Assembly: GCA_976551045.1 (NCBI GenBank)
Contig: CDPCPM010000026.1
Span: forward strand, 10,540,001-10,604,000
DNA length: 64,000 nucleotides
Direction of reading: 5' to 3'
From: Glaucostegus cemiculus
Taxonomy: Eukaryota
The notes beneath the pieces are model-generated. The model searched no databases. It was not told where the DNA came from and saw only the letters and a program-made list of their open reading frames with translations. This document shows positions 52,946-63,360 of this stretch, in pieces (positions within the stretch are counted from its first letter, which is position 1; each line of letters starts with the position of its first letter). A program made the translations under genes and the position numbers.

Positions 52946-54684
52946 CAAATGCCCCTCATCATTTGGGCAGATACTACCTCAATGGGAGACAGAGTTGGCT
53001 CCGTTTACTAAGCCATAATACAGCTGGAACTTGGCCCAGTGAATATTTCTTTCTATCTTTGATCTGATAACTGTGAATAATTTTTCTTCTCATGGGTTCA
53101 TGATTAACCACCAGTGATTGCAAAAATATACTGAAAGTCAGGGTGGCTGAGGATTGATATATTCTGGAATAGGAAGTACTTCTTCTGAGCATATTCCATC
53201 TTGCCATTGAAGGACAATATGGTCCAGCCCTGTCAAATACTCCTGGCCATAAACTTGAGCACTGATTCTTTAAACCCAGTTGGTGTGACCTGTTGCCTCA
53301 GTGAAATCGCATACTAAGGCAGCAAATTCAGATCTGTTATGCTGCATTGATTGCTATTATGTTTTAGTGTTAGATTTAAAGGGTTTTCACAGATCAAAGG
53401 GGGAACAGCTATCCACCCAATTTTCCAGCTTTGTTGGTAAATGCATTATATTTTGTGGTATTGAGGCAGATAGATCAGTAAAGTACTCATTAAGGATGTT
53501 GAACTTGCTGCTTTCAGTAGCAGCCGCAGTAAAAATGGAAGAGAAAACTTTAAAAATTGACAATAGTTGTGCCTTTCTCAGTAGCTGTCTATACTTTGAT
53601 CCAATTGTAAACTTTACAACATGTCTACTTTATTCCATTATAACATTTTAATTTTTAAAAATTTATCTGCACTTGATGAAGTGAGTTCCTTTAATACCCT
53701 CTTATAAAAAAAAAAGCCTGTTTAAAAAAAAATTGTGTAATGGGACCAAAATCTGTTACAATTCATCATCAGAGGATTAGAAGCAATATTTTATCTCGGC
53801 AATATCTTAAAGTGACTTTATCTTTCCAAAGCTTTAGTTTCAATAGAAAATAATCAAACTGGAAAATACATAAATACGTGTTCAGAAACAAGTCATCTTG
53901 TCAAATCTGATAATCTTCTATAATAATTTATGCATTTTCCTCGGATTGATTCCCCAAAAAATTGTACAGCTGAGCTCAACACTGAATAATTACTAGAATA
54001 TTATCTACAACTGAAACAGCTACAAGTAGTATACAGCCAAGTAGTTCAGAGGGCTTCCATCACCTATATTTAATTGGCCTCTTCTGTGATTTTGATTAGT
54101 GAAGCTTTAGTGAACAAAAGCAAACTAACAATGAAACTGATGGGTAGCAAAGAACCAAACTATTGTGATGAAAAAATATGAAATGAACAAAGCGGAAGAA
54201 AAGACAATGGGTTTGATGACAACTAAAGGGTTGATGGCTAAGAATACAGTTACACCATCATATATTTAATGCTCTTCATTGATTGCATAATTGAAGGGAA
54301 GACTCTGAACTCTGATCCAAATCTGGAGTTCAGAATTGCAAGCAAACTAACTTGCACAATTTGGGAGGAAAATGGTAATCTATTAGGCAACTTACAAACT
54401 AAAACAGACCTTTTAATGATCTGAGATTGCCCACTGGTCCTTAACAGAGAAATCCTCTGCATATATATGGAAACAAAAATGGATAGAGTACTGTCATTGC
54501 ATGTGTCAATGTTTTTTAATGCTTTCTGTAGTATGAATTTCATAATATCTGAATAATGTGGATCATTTGTTCAAGCATTTGACTTTATAGACATTAAATA
54601 CTTCTCAATTATAGCACAGCCGTTATTGTTAAATTTCTTTAGTATGGGCTAAAGAACTTCATTTGGAAAAATAAAAGGAAGTTT

Positions 54685-55057
54685 TGCAATTATATAATTC
54701 CTTTCTTGACCTTGGTACATGCTAAGGCAGTGTACAACCGTTGATGTACTTTTGAAATGGAATCACTCTTGTCACATGGGAAACCGTGAAGAATTTGCAC
54801 ACAACAAGCTTCAACAGTAAAGTAATATTAATCAAGTAATAAGTTTTAGTGAGTGTGGTTAATAGATAAATATTTTTCAGCGCAGCTGGTATAACCATTC
54901 AGTCAAGAGGAAAGCCATAGCCACTGTGCAACAATTTAGTCAAAAGATGGCACCTCTAGCACTGCAGTACTACTTTGGCAATGTACTTCAGCTTCAATCT
55001 TGTATTCACTCTTCTGACTGACAAGCAAGAATGCAAACAAATGAGCCACAAGTCAAG
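54685..55057 (-). mobile_element. DeuSINE (SacSINE1-like)
   Basis: GTACTTTTGAAATGGAATCACTCTTGT..AATTTGCACACAACAAG..AAAAGATGGCACCTCTAGCACTGCAGTACT..CTTCTGACT..TGAGCCACA. Confidence 0.75.
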
Positions 55058-55221
55058 TTTAGTATGCAGGAATGCCAGAGTAATTCATTATATGAAAATG
55101 TGACTGTAGAACTTCATTATATTCAAAGCATTTGCTCTCCTTTCATTTTGAGGAAGTTGTTGCGGTAAATTGAACATTCTTCCTCTCCAGGCATCTAGTG
55201 TCTGCATCAAGAGCTCCTAGG

Positions 55222-55410
55222 TCCAGCAAAAAAAAAGCAAGCTGCTGGCAGAACTCATTGGGTCAGGCAGCATCTGTGGAGGGAAATGGACAGTCATCAT
55301 TTCAGGTTGTGACCCTTCATCAGCCCAGATGCTGCCTAACCCACTGAGTTCCTCCAGCAGCTCTTTTTTTTTGCTCCAGATTCCGGCATTTGCAGTCTCT
55401 TGTGTCTCCA
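55222..55410. mobile_element. Fold-back element from PLE termini (family A) retaining a hammerhead core on - strand at 55291-55323
   Basis: Inverted arms CTGCTGGCAGAACTCATTGGGTCAGGCAGCATCTG / CAGATGCTGCCTAACCCACTGAGTTCCTCCAGCAG. Minus strand of the spacer reads CTGATGA-A-GGGT-CACA-ACCT-GAAA-TGAT-GACTG. Confidence 0.88.
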
Positions 55411-57166
55411 TAGCTCAGGAAAAATATTGGCCAGTGTATGGTAGATTCTCTTTTGTCTTCCCTAGTGATGCACCATTCAACTAAAAAATCTGCTGCTGTG
55501 CCTTTGTTGTGCAACCTTTATGTTCCAGTTTAGGACTGACTTGGTGCTGTCAACCCACAAAATTACAGGTGGAGACATTCCAACTGAATTTCACTGTAAA
55601 ATCTTTTAATGGGAGGAGCCATTCATCACTTCAATTCTGCACTGGATTTGAACCAAATATGATCCTACCACTGAAAGACAGTGTGCCAACCAGTCTTCCC
55701 TATTGTTGTTTATGGGCAGTGCTTATTTCACCTGTACAATCAGCTTACATTGACATGACACAAGTCATTTTTCACAAGCAGAAATGAAGAGAGAGGGAAT
55801 AACCTGTATGCATTATACAGTACAGCAGATGGCCAGGGACAAATTACAACCCTGTGTGTGGTCTCAGTTGTTTTTGGGCTTGCATGTACATTCATGACTG
55901 TGTGCTCATGTACGTACTGGCTGGAGAACAACTCAGGACTGCACACACATCTATAATTTGTTTGTAATCAGCAGTTATGTTATAGGTGAGTTTCTAGGCA
56001 GTTCATAACAATTCATCTGATAAAATATAGGTGTATTAAAAAGATAGCAATTTTTTTTATTGTTGTACATCTTTATTTGTTTTCACAGTATCCTGAAGTA
56101 TTTTTCCAAAGCTTTTTGCTGTTTTGATATATTTTTGAACATGTGTTGTACATAAAGGGTTACAAAAGTTAAGCCCCAAGTGCAGACCATTTTCAGCTAG
56201 CTTACAGCAGCTGCGGAGTCATGCTGATAGATTAAAAGCAGCTCCCAGCCCCTGAATGAAGTACATTAGAGCTCCTGCAGGGCTGAGCTGGGGAGAGGCC
56301 TTCACAGCTGTCGTTTAGGCCATGCTTCAAACTACAGGCTAAAAAAAGATATTCCAAAAACTCAACAGAAAACTACTTTTATATTTCAAAATAATTACAT
56401 TATTTAAGTTTGGAAAATGAGTTCTGCATTATTTTTGCAATGATAAAACCAGAATGTAATCTTGAGCATACATCTTTTTTAGTACTTAACATTATATTTA
56501 TTTTGTTACCAATGCAAGTAAAGTACAAAAATTAATAAGAACAGCAACATAATAAAATGTAATTTCAGTTTGGATAATTTATGCAATGTTATACAGCCAT
56601 ATATTAAACAAATAAAAAAGCAAGCAATGAAAAATCAGTTTTATATACATTTCCAGCATGTCTTTAGAATTGAGCAATTGATTATTATAGTGGGTTATGA
56701 AAAATGTATAACAACATGCGATACTTATAAGGCAAAACAATGGTATACTGGAATGTCTACATCCAGCCCTTCAGATACCAGGAAGCTTCAAAGATACTGG
56801 ATGCTAAATACTAACATTCATAAAATACCATAGAAGAGCTTGTCAACAAAACTATCAACTGCAGTTTTAATTCACTGTGTCTCAAATAGTTTCATTAGTC
56901 ATTGTGCTTATGTGTTTTCTTTTTCTTCTGAAATATATTGGCTCTTGGGTAACGAAAATCAAAAATACAACATAAGACTGAATCTTTGTATTGAAAGATT
57001 TCTGTTTCCTGAAGCTTTCATTCAACTGCATGAGCTCTCTCTTGGCCCAGAAAAGCTGTTTGGCAGTTTGAATACTTTAAATACTGATGCTAAAAAAGAT
57101 TGGCAATATGTAAACAGGATAACAACATAGATTATCGCTTGACTGTGTTGAGGCCCGTACGTCCAA

Positions 57167-57180
57167 ACAGTAGGTGGAGC
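57167..57180 (+). promoter_or_regulatory. Candidate CTCF site
   Basis: ACAGTAGGTGGAGC versus core CCASYAGRKGGCRS (2 mismatches), with several CpGs retained nearby in a CpG-poor background. Confidence 0.35.
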
Positions 57181-58089
57181 TTAAGTATGTCTGAACAGTG
57201 TTTATTTCAGTAGTATTGTCTTAGTGGGTTTGAAATGACTTTAAATTCATAGCTTAAAATTTTAAAACACCGTAAATCTCTCTGATGTCGGAGAACAGTT
57301 ACAGATGTTTCCGAAAATTGACAAAACCTATAAACTCATAATTTAGATTATTATATAGTTAGAAAGAAAACACCACATGTCAATACACTACCTTCAATTT
57401 CAGACTAAACATATATATTAAATAACAAAATACATTTTTGTTCTTCTGAGAAGTATATGAATTACAACTAGGATATTTTAGGGAACCATCAAATGGTTTT
57501 TAATTTTCAGAATAAACATAAGTTATTGTAGCGTGTTATATTTTACAGTATTGACTGAACAAAGATATTTCTACAAGTTAAATATTGTAAAGATTTTTCT
57601 GTTTCTGTGTCTAGACTATCTGAACCCATTGAATAGATGAAAATCAGACTTGCCAAGAGTATAAAAACCGAATGAGAGGACAATTTGTTTTCCATTGATT
57701 TAAATTGAGTGGTGGGGATATATACTCCTTTCCTTTTATTTTCTTTATAATATGCAAAGTTGATTCAATTTAAAATTCACTCATGGAATTTATGGGGGGA
57801 GAAATGGTAAATAAAGAAATGCAATTTTTTATCAACCTGTGTTTTTTGACACATGCTTGGACGTGGCTTTGTGTTTGAGAAAAATTGTGATACGGATGGT
57901 TTTCTGGGAATGCAAACTCCCTCATAACATGGGTCCCTTGTATTTCAATACCAATAGCTTTTTAAGTTTGAATAATTGCAAAGAATTATTATTTCCTATT
58001 TAAACCAGTAGCACTCTTGACTTGGTATGTAGTTACCATGTTGCACCCCACACCCATATCCTTGCCCATTTTCCTCACAGTTTTCTCTA

Positions 58090-58925
58090 TGAATCTCGCA
58101 TCAAGTTCTACTCTCATTATGGCACAGAAGCTGTTCTATATTTCATAAATGACACCCACAGTGTCTGTGATAGTGGCCCACTATCTCCATTTTGATCCTA
58201 CCATCTGCTAACACTTTTTCACTCTTGTCCAGCTTGATGGGCTTGGTCCCAATGTTACTAAATGCATTTTGGCAAGATCACACAGCAGCTACTTCTGTGG
58301 TCTTCCCCAAGCCTTTAGTTCCAGTGTTCCCCAAGGATTTATTCTCAGTCCCTTTTTCTCTTGAGAACGTTGCTCTCAACAATAACGTTAGAAGCCATGG
58401 CTTCAACTTTCACATATTGGTGACGACACCCAATTCTATTCCCTCAGCTTCTATACTACTACAATGTCAATATCAAATTTGTTGTATTGTCATGTTCTTT
58501 GACAGTCAAGCATCTACCTTTTTTTGACCTTTAGTTTCCTCTAGCCAAAACTATCAAACATGTCTCTCCTTCATCAGTGCCATTCATTCTCCATGGTCAT
58601 GTAAACATAGTTTCATCCACATTCTGTTGCTCATTCCACTATCCTGTAGCATTTCCCACTACATAGACATGGCTGTCTACCAAAGCTTACTGTTTAAAAT
58701 TGACACCCTTACACTTAAGTCACTTTGTGGCCTTGGTCTGTTGCATTCCCAGTTGCCTTATCCATCCCCACAACCCTCCAGAGTTCCCCATTCTTCCGAT
58801 CCTGCATTCTGTCCATTTTCCATAGCCTTTGCCACACTGTACATACAAGTAGGCTCTGGAATTTAAATCTCTTGTAAAATCATGACTACATATTTTGGTC
58901 ATCCTTCCTAAATCCTTTTTGGTCT
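58090..58925 (+). mobile_element. Ancient L2 LINE relic
   Basis: GTEAVLYFIND..VCDSG (cf. STETAL..VTND..CD-G), GTGGTCTTCCCCAAG (GVPQG-like), TGGTGACGACACCCAA (YADDTQ-like), LLFKI motif. Confidence 0.7.
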
Positions 58926-59109
58926 CATCTGTGAAGTAGCATGGGTTGTTGTGCTACATTAAATGGACTGCATAAATCCAGCTCGAGATAATTTTGAGAA
59001 ATGCCTTGAAGGAAAGAGCCATTAATCTTGACAGTGCAAGAACATGAATAAGCAATGTGTTCATGTCATTTGGCATAGTTGTCTTTTGTGTTGTGGACTT
59101 GGCTTTGGA

Positions 59110-59985
59110 CCTGAAGTTAAAGGTTGGAACCATGATTAAAAGGTTTCCAGGTGATATTAAAATTTGCATTATAATTGATAGTGAGAAAGAAAGTGTGGCT
59201 ACGGGGAGACATCAATGGATCAGTCAGGTGGGCAGAAAATTGGCAAATAGAATTCCCCCTGGTGATGTGTGAGATAAACATTTGGGAAAAGTAAACAAGT
59301 AAAGAACATGCACAATAAATAACAAGGTACTGAAAAATGAATGGGAACAGGGAGGTCTCATAGATCATTGAAGACTGTAGGACAAGTGAATAAGGTGGTT
59401 TAGAAGCCAAGGAAAAAAGCAAGGAGGTCATGCTGGAATTATACAAAGCATTAGTTCGCCAACAGATCAAATAATGTGTACAGTTCTGGTCATCACATCA
59501 CAAGTAGAATGTGATAACTTGGGAGAGGTGCGGAGCAGATTTGAGATAGGTTGTGAGTACTGAAGAATGTTAGTGATGAGGAGATATTGACTAGGCTCAG
59601 ATTGTTTTATTTGGAGGCTAAGAGGAGATTTAATTGAGATCGAAAAATTATGAGAGACTATTCAGGCTGAATGGGAAAGACCTATTTAGCTTTACAGAAT
59701 GCTCAGTAACTAGGGGCATATATTTGAGTTAATTGGTTAATTAGAGGGGACTTGAGGGAAAAAAGATTCCCCCAAGGATGTTGGTAGTATGAAACACTGC
59801 CTGAAAGCGTGTTGAAAGCAAAAACCCTCACCATGTTTAAAAAGCATCCAGGTGAGCTCATGATGTCCTGCAACCTGCAGAGGTGTAGGCAGGGAGCTGG
59901 GAAGTGGGATTCACCTAAAGAAACTCTTTTGTCGTCAGTGTTGATAGATGAACTGAAAATCCATCCTTTATGATTACCTTGGTCT
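59110..59985 (+). mobile_element. Decayed CR1 RT to 3' end
   Basis: IKRFPGDIKI (cf. ISKFADDTKI), EVMLELYKALVRQQIK*CVQFWSSH, GGCTAAGAGGAGATTTAATTGAG (LRGDLIE). Confidence 0.85.
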
Positions 59986-60166
59986 GATTACAGACCTAAT
60001 GTTTATGCATCAATATGTCATTTGGGCATAATGTTAATGTAATTTGAGCATTCATGATAAGATATGTATTTTGTTGAATCTGCAGCAAAAACTTTAGTCA
60101 AAAACTGAAACCTAAAGCCTTATCCCTTTAAAACTCCTATTGCCAATATGATCTATGAAGGATCCC

Positions 60167-60673
60167 CAAGATTCAAGATTCAAGATTGCTTTATTGTCAT
60201 TGAGCCGTTGAGACAACAGAACAACGAGATTTCATTGGCACTCCCATGTCAGACAATAGGCACAATACTTAACTATTAAATAAATAGAGAATAAATTAAG
60301 TTAGAGTTTACACTGTAGGGTTTACTTGATGTATTAGAGGGAGAGAGAGAAGAAGCGAGAAAGAACTAGTGCAATCTGTGAAATTTAAAGTCCTTGCTTA
60401 AGATTTTCACGGCATTGGGAAAGAAGCTATTCCTCAATCTGGCCGTGGATGTGTGGAATGTCCTGAAGCGTTTCTTTGAGGGGAGCAGACTGAAGAGGTG
60501 ATGGGCTGGGTGGGAAGAGTCCTTAATGATGTTTGTAGTCTTGTTCAGAAACCGGGACTCATAAATGTCCGCCAATGCAGGTAGGCGCACCCCTGTGATC
60601 TTCCGTGCCGTGTCAATCGCCCGCTGTAGGCCTTTCCTTTCTTTGTTGGTACAGCTGGCATATCAGGCAGTAT
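60167..60673 (-). mobile_element. Rex1/Babar-like LINE 3' fragment, relatively young
   Basis: Minus strand reads A*YASCTNKERKGLQRAIDTARKITGVRLPALADIYESRFLNKTTNIIKDSSHPAHHLFSLLPSKKRFRTFHTSTARLRNSFFPNAVKIL, then AATAAA and an (AATCTTG)3 tail (+ strand (CAAGATT)3 at 60167-60187). Confidence 0.88.
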
Positions 60674-61081
60674 TCTTGATCACATTAAGTTGGCTAAGCA
60701 GCTAATCACCTTGAATTCTCACAGATGCATTGTGCAGTATGCAGGATAAAGACGGGAACACGTATAGAATCTGAAATGTATAAATAATCTTTCTGAACAA
60801 TAAAAACTTAGTAATATGAATTCTGTTGTTATTTTGAAATGTTTACATTGGGGAATGAAAATCCACACACATATATTAGATTTTTTGTGGCCAAAGAGGT
60901 TGGGAAGCAATAATAAGGGCTTAGTACGCCACAGAAAATTCACTTCCACCTCATGCTTAATATTTTTTAAAGAATTTTACAGCAAAAATTAGCTTGTGAA
61001 TACCTCAAAAGTTTCCACAATATAATGACCTTTCTTCATTACAATAGAGAAGGTTGCAAAACTCTGGAAGAGTGTTGAATC

Positions 61082-61218
61082 ACTGACAGCAGCTTTGGGA
61101 TTTCTGTGTTAAACTACGCATGTGCAAGAAATCCCAAAGTTTCTGTCAGTTTCACAGCATAATGACAGTGAATGCTAATAGTTTTGCTGTCATTACAACT
61201 GCAAAATGTGGGCCATAT
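61082..61218. repeat. Double-hairpin element, probably an ancient palindromic dispersed repeat
   Basis: 61082-61105 versus 61127-61150 are complementary at 22 of 24 positions; second stem TAATGACAG (61160-61168) / CTGTCATTA (61187-61195). Confidence 0.75.
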
Positions 61219-62313
61219 GTGATCTTCCCCATGCTGCCAACTTCAGAGCAGCTTCCAAGCTAGTTCCTGCATGAAGTCATCACTGGTTGACCTTTCAGGA
61301 AATGGGAACGAATACTTGACGGTCTAGGAACTTACTTGAATAGTTTCTCCTTTGGCAAGGTAATGGATAGTGCCTTTGGAATCATTCCTTTGAAGGTTTC
61401 GGTGCCTCTAGGAAAGGAGGGAAGAAGATTGACAGAGAGGAAAGTCAAAAAAGCAATAGAATGCTATAATAATAGTGCTGATCTAACTCCTTTTAAAAAA
61501 AATCTCTGATATGGAAGGTCATTCTCATAGTTTGAAAAAAAAGTCCATGCACTCTTTCAGCGCACCACTGATAAAAAGAAAATGTCAAAGCTTTGGTGCA
61601 TTGGCTGAAGCCTGGATTTAGAGTTAAAGATCAGAACAATCCAAGTGAAGCAGTAAAGTTGACTTGCCACCAGCTGTATCATATATGTAGTACTACTGTG
61701 AATATATTCCTAAATAGTGTAAATAAAGAACCATTATTACTAAAAGGAACTAGCACTTTTTGATTCTTCAGTGTGCTATAACTAAAATTTTCCAGATCCA
61801 TGCATGTGGAAACATCTTGGTTCCTTTATAATAAAAATGTTTCTGGTGTCATTGCCTCAACTCAAACAAGTGTATAGAAAATTTCATCCTATCACATGGG
61901 CTGGTGGTTTTGGAAATAGTCTTTTGTTCCATGACGTTTTATTTTGAGATTTTGTTCTGTTTCATATTTTGCAGTCTTACTGCATGTCCAATGCTCTGCT
62001 CAACTGTGCATGACAGCTACCTAACATGACAGTTCTGCAGTGGGCTGAATGAGTGATGTTTGTGTCAGCATTGTGCTTCTTTCAAGGGAAAAGTGCATAT
62101 TGTGAAACAAGCATTAGTGAACTAGACCAGCAATGAATGGCAGAATTCTCACTGACTGTTGCATGGTGAAGTAACAGAGCATATTGACCACTGGTTACAG
62201 AATCTACAAGACTTTCATTTCCTTTGAAATAAATGGAGAGAAAATTTTGAGTCCAAAAGCATATGACCATTCACTTTTTGAAAATTTACTTCATTGTCTG
62301 TCCAATAAAGCAG

Positions 62314-62376
62314 GCGAGAATGGACAAAGGGGCTGAGGACCCTTGCGAAGTAGAGAACGTAGAAATAGCAGAGCAG
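62314..62376 (+). other. Candidate 63-nt exon (ARMDKGAEDPCEVENVEIAEQ)
   Basis: GCAG| acceptor, CAG|GTAGCC donor, purine-rich with 3 CpGs, length divisible by 3, only one frame open. Splice signals are moderate and the protein is not recognised. Confidence 0.3.
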
Positions 62377-62565
62377 GTAGCCTTTCTTCTTAGCTTTGAT
62401 TTTAGATGTGACGTTATGGTGGGTGGGTTGGTTCGAAAACTTGGTTGCAGAGGCACTTGGTGTTGATTTTTTAACATCAGCACATTTGTTGTATGGAAAG
62501 TAATCATCGAACTTTCATTGACCGATGTAAGCTGGAAGGAATTCCATAAGTGATCATATATATTG

Positions 62566-63285
62566 TGTCAGCTGTGGCTCAGTTGGTAGCACTGTTGCCA
62601 TTAGTCCATTCTATCCACCACCCACACCCCCCTCCCTGCCACAAAAGCACAAAAAAGAACAACTACTGGATGAACTCAGCAGGTCAGGCAGCATCTGTGG
62701 AGGGAAATGGACACCCTGAGTTCCTCCAGCAATGTGTTTTTGCTCCAGATTCCAATATCTGCATTCTCTTGTGTCTCCTCTCTCAGAGATTGAGCACAAA
62801 AAAATAGACAGTGGAACTTGAACCAGTGACAGGATCCAGGGAGTACCTACTTTTGGATGCAGTTTTAAATGAAGACCCTGTCTTCTTTCTTGGGTGGATG
62901 CAAAAGGACTTTTGAAGAGCAGGGGAGTCATCCCCAGTATCCCACCAATATTTATGTCATGACTAACATCACTGAAGCAGATTACCACATAACTTTTTAT
63001 GGAATCTTAATGTGGACTAATTTACAAGTACTTAGATATATGCTTTAAGAGAATCTGCAGATCTGTGGACCATGTCCAGGAAAATGGCATTAGCCTAGAT
63101 TTCTCTTTTTTTGTCTGGCACAGACATGAAGGGACAAATGCCTCTTTTGCGTCATACGTTTTCTATGATCGCTGCACTTCTTACAACCGTGCCTACACTA
63201 CGTTAGTAATTCATTATCTCTGATTGCCTTAGATTGTCCTGAAGTAGCTGTGGAAGCTATTATATAAATACAATTCTGTCTTTTT
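62566..63285 (+). mobile_element. DeuSINE (SacSINE1-like) carrying two nested insertions
   Basis: tRNA-like head GTCAGCTGTGGCTCAGTTGGTAGCAC, Deu domain CTTTTGGATG..GGTGGATGCAAAAG..GAAGAGCAGGGGAGT..CCAATATTTAT..AACATCACT, and tail TATATAAATACAA. A CR1 3' tip lies at about 63035-63170. Confidence 0.85.
62645..62778. mobile_element. Fold-back element from PLE termini (family A) nested in the DeuSINE
   Basis: CTGGATGAACTCAGCAGGTCAGGCAGCATCTGTGGAGGGAAATGGACA joined to CTGAGTTCCTCCAGC..TTGCTCCAGATTCCAATATCTGCATTCTCTTGTGTCTCC. Confidence 0.85.
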
Positions 63286-63336
63286 GCCAATGAGCTGGAT
63301 GATGATGTTTTTATGTTTGTTTTACTAATTTCTCAG

Positions 63337-63360
63337 CCAGAATTGAAACCGTGGTCCACA
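63337..63360 (+). other. Candidate 24-nt microexon (PELKPWST in phase 0)
   Basis: U-rich tract TTTTTATGTTTGTTTTACTAATTTCTCAG| then CCAGAATTGAAACCGTGGTCCACA then |GTTAGT; frame-preserving. Confidence 0.35.

Noticed and set aside
56239-56290. Possible hairpin CAGCTCCCAGCCCCTG...CAGGGCTGAGCTG
   Set aside because: Short bulged stem with a large loop, not distinguishable from chance.
62286-62507. Minus-strand ORF ending ACFIGQT, superficially like a GIY-YIG YIGQT motif
   Set aside because: No upstream VY/IY-C-C spacing, no downstream R..EH motif, and no PLE terminus attached.
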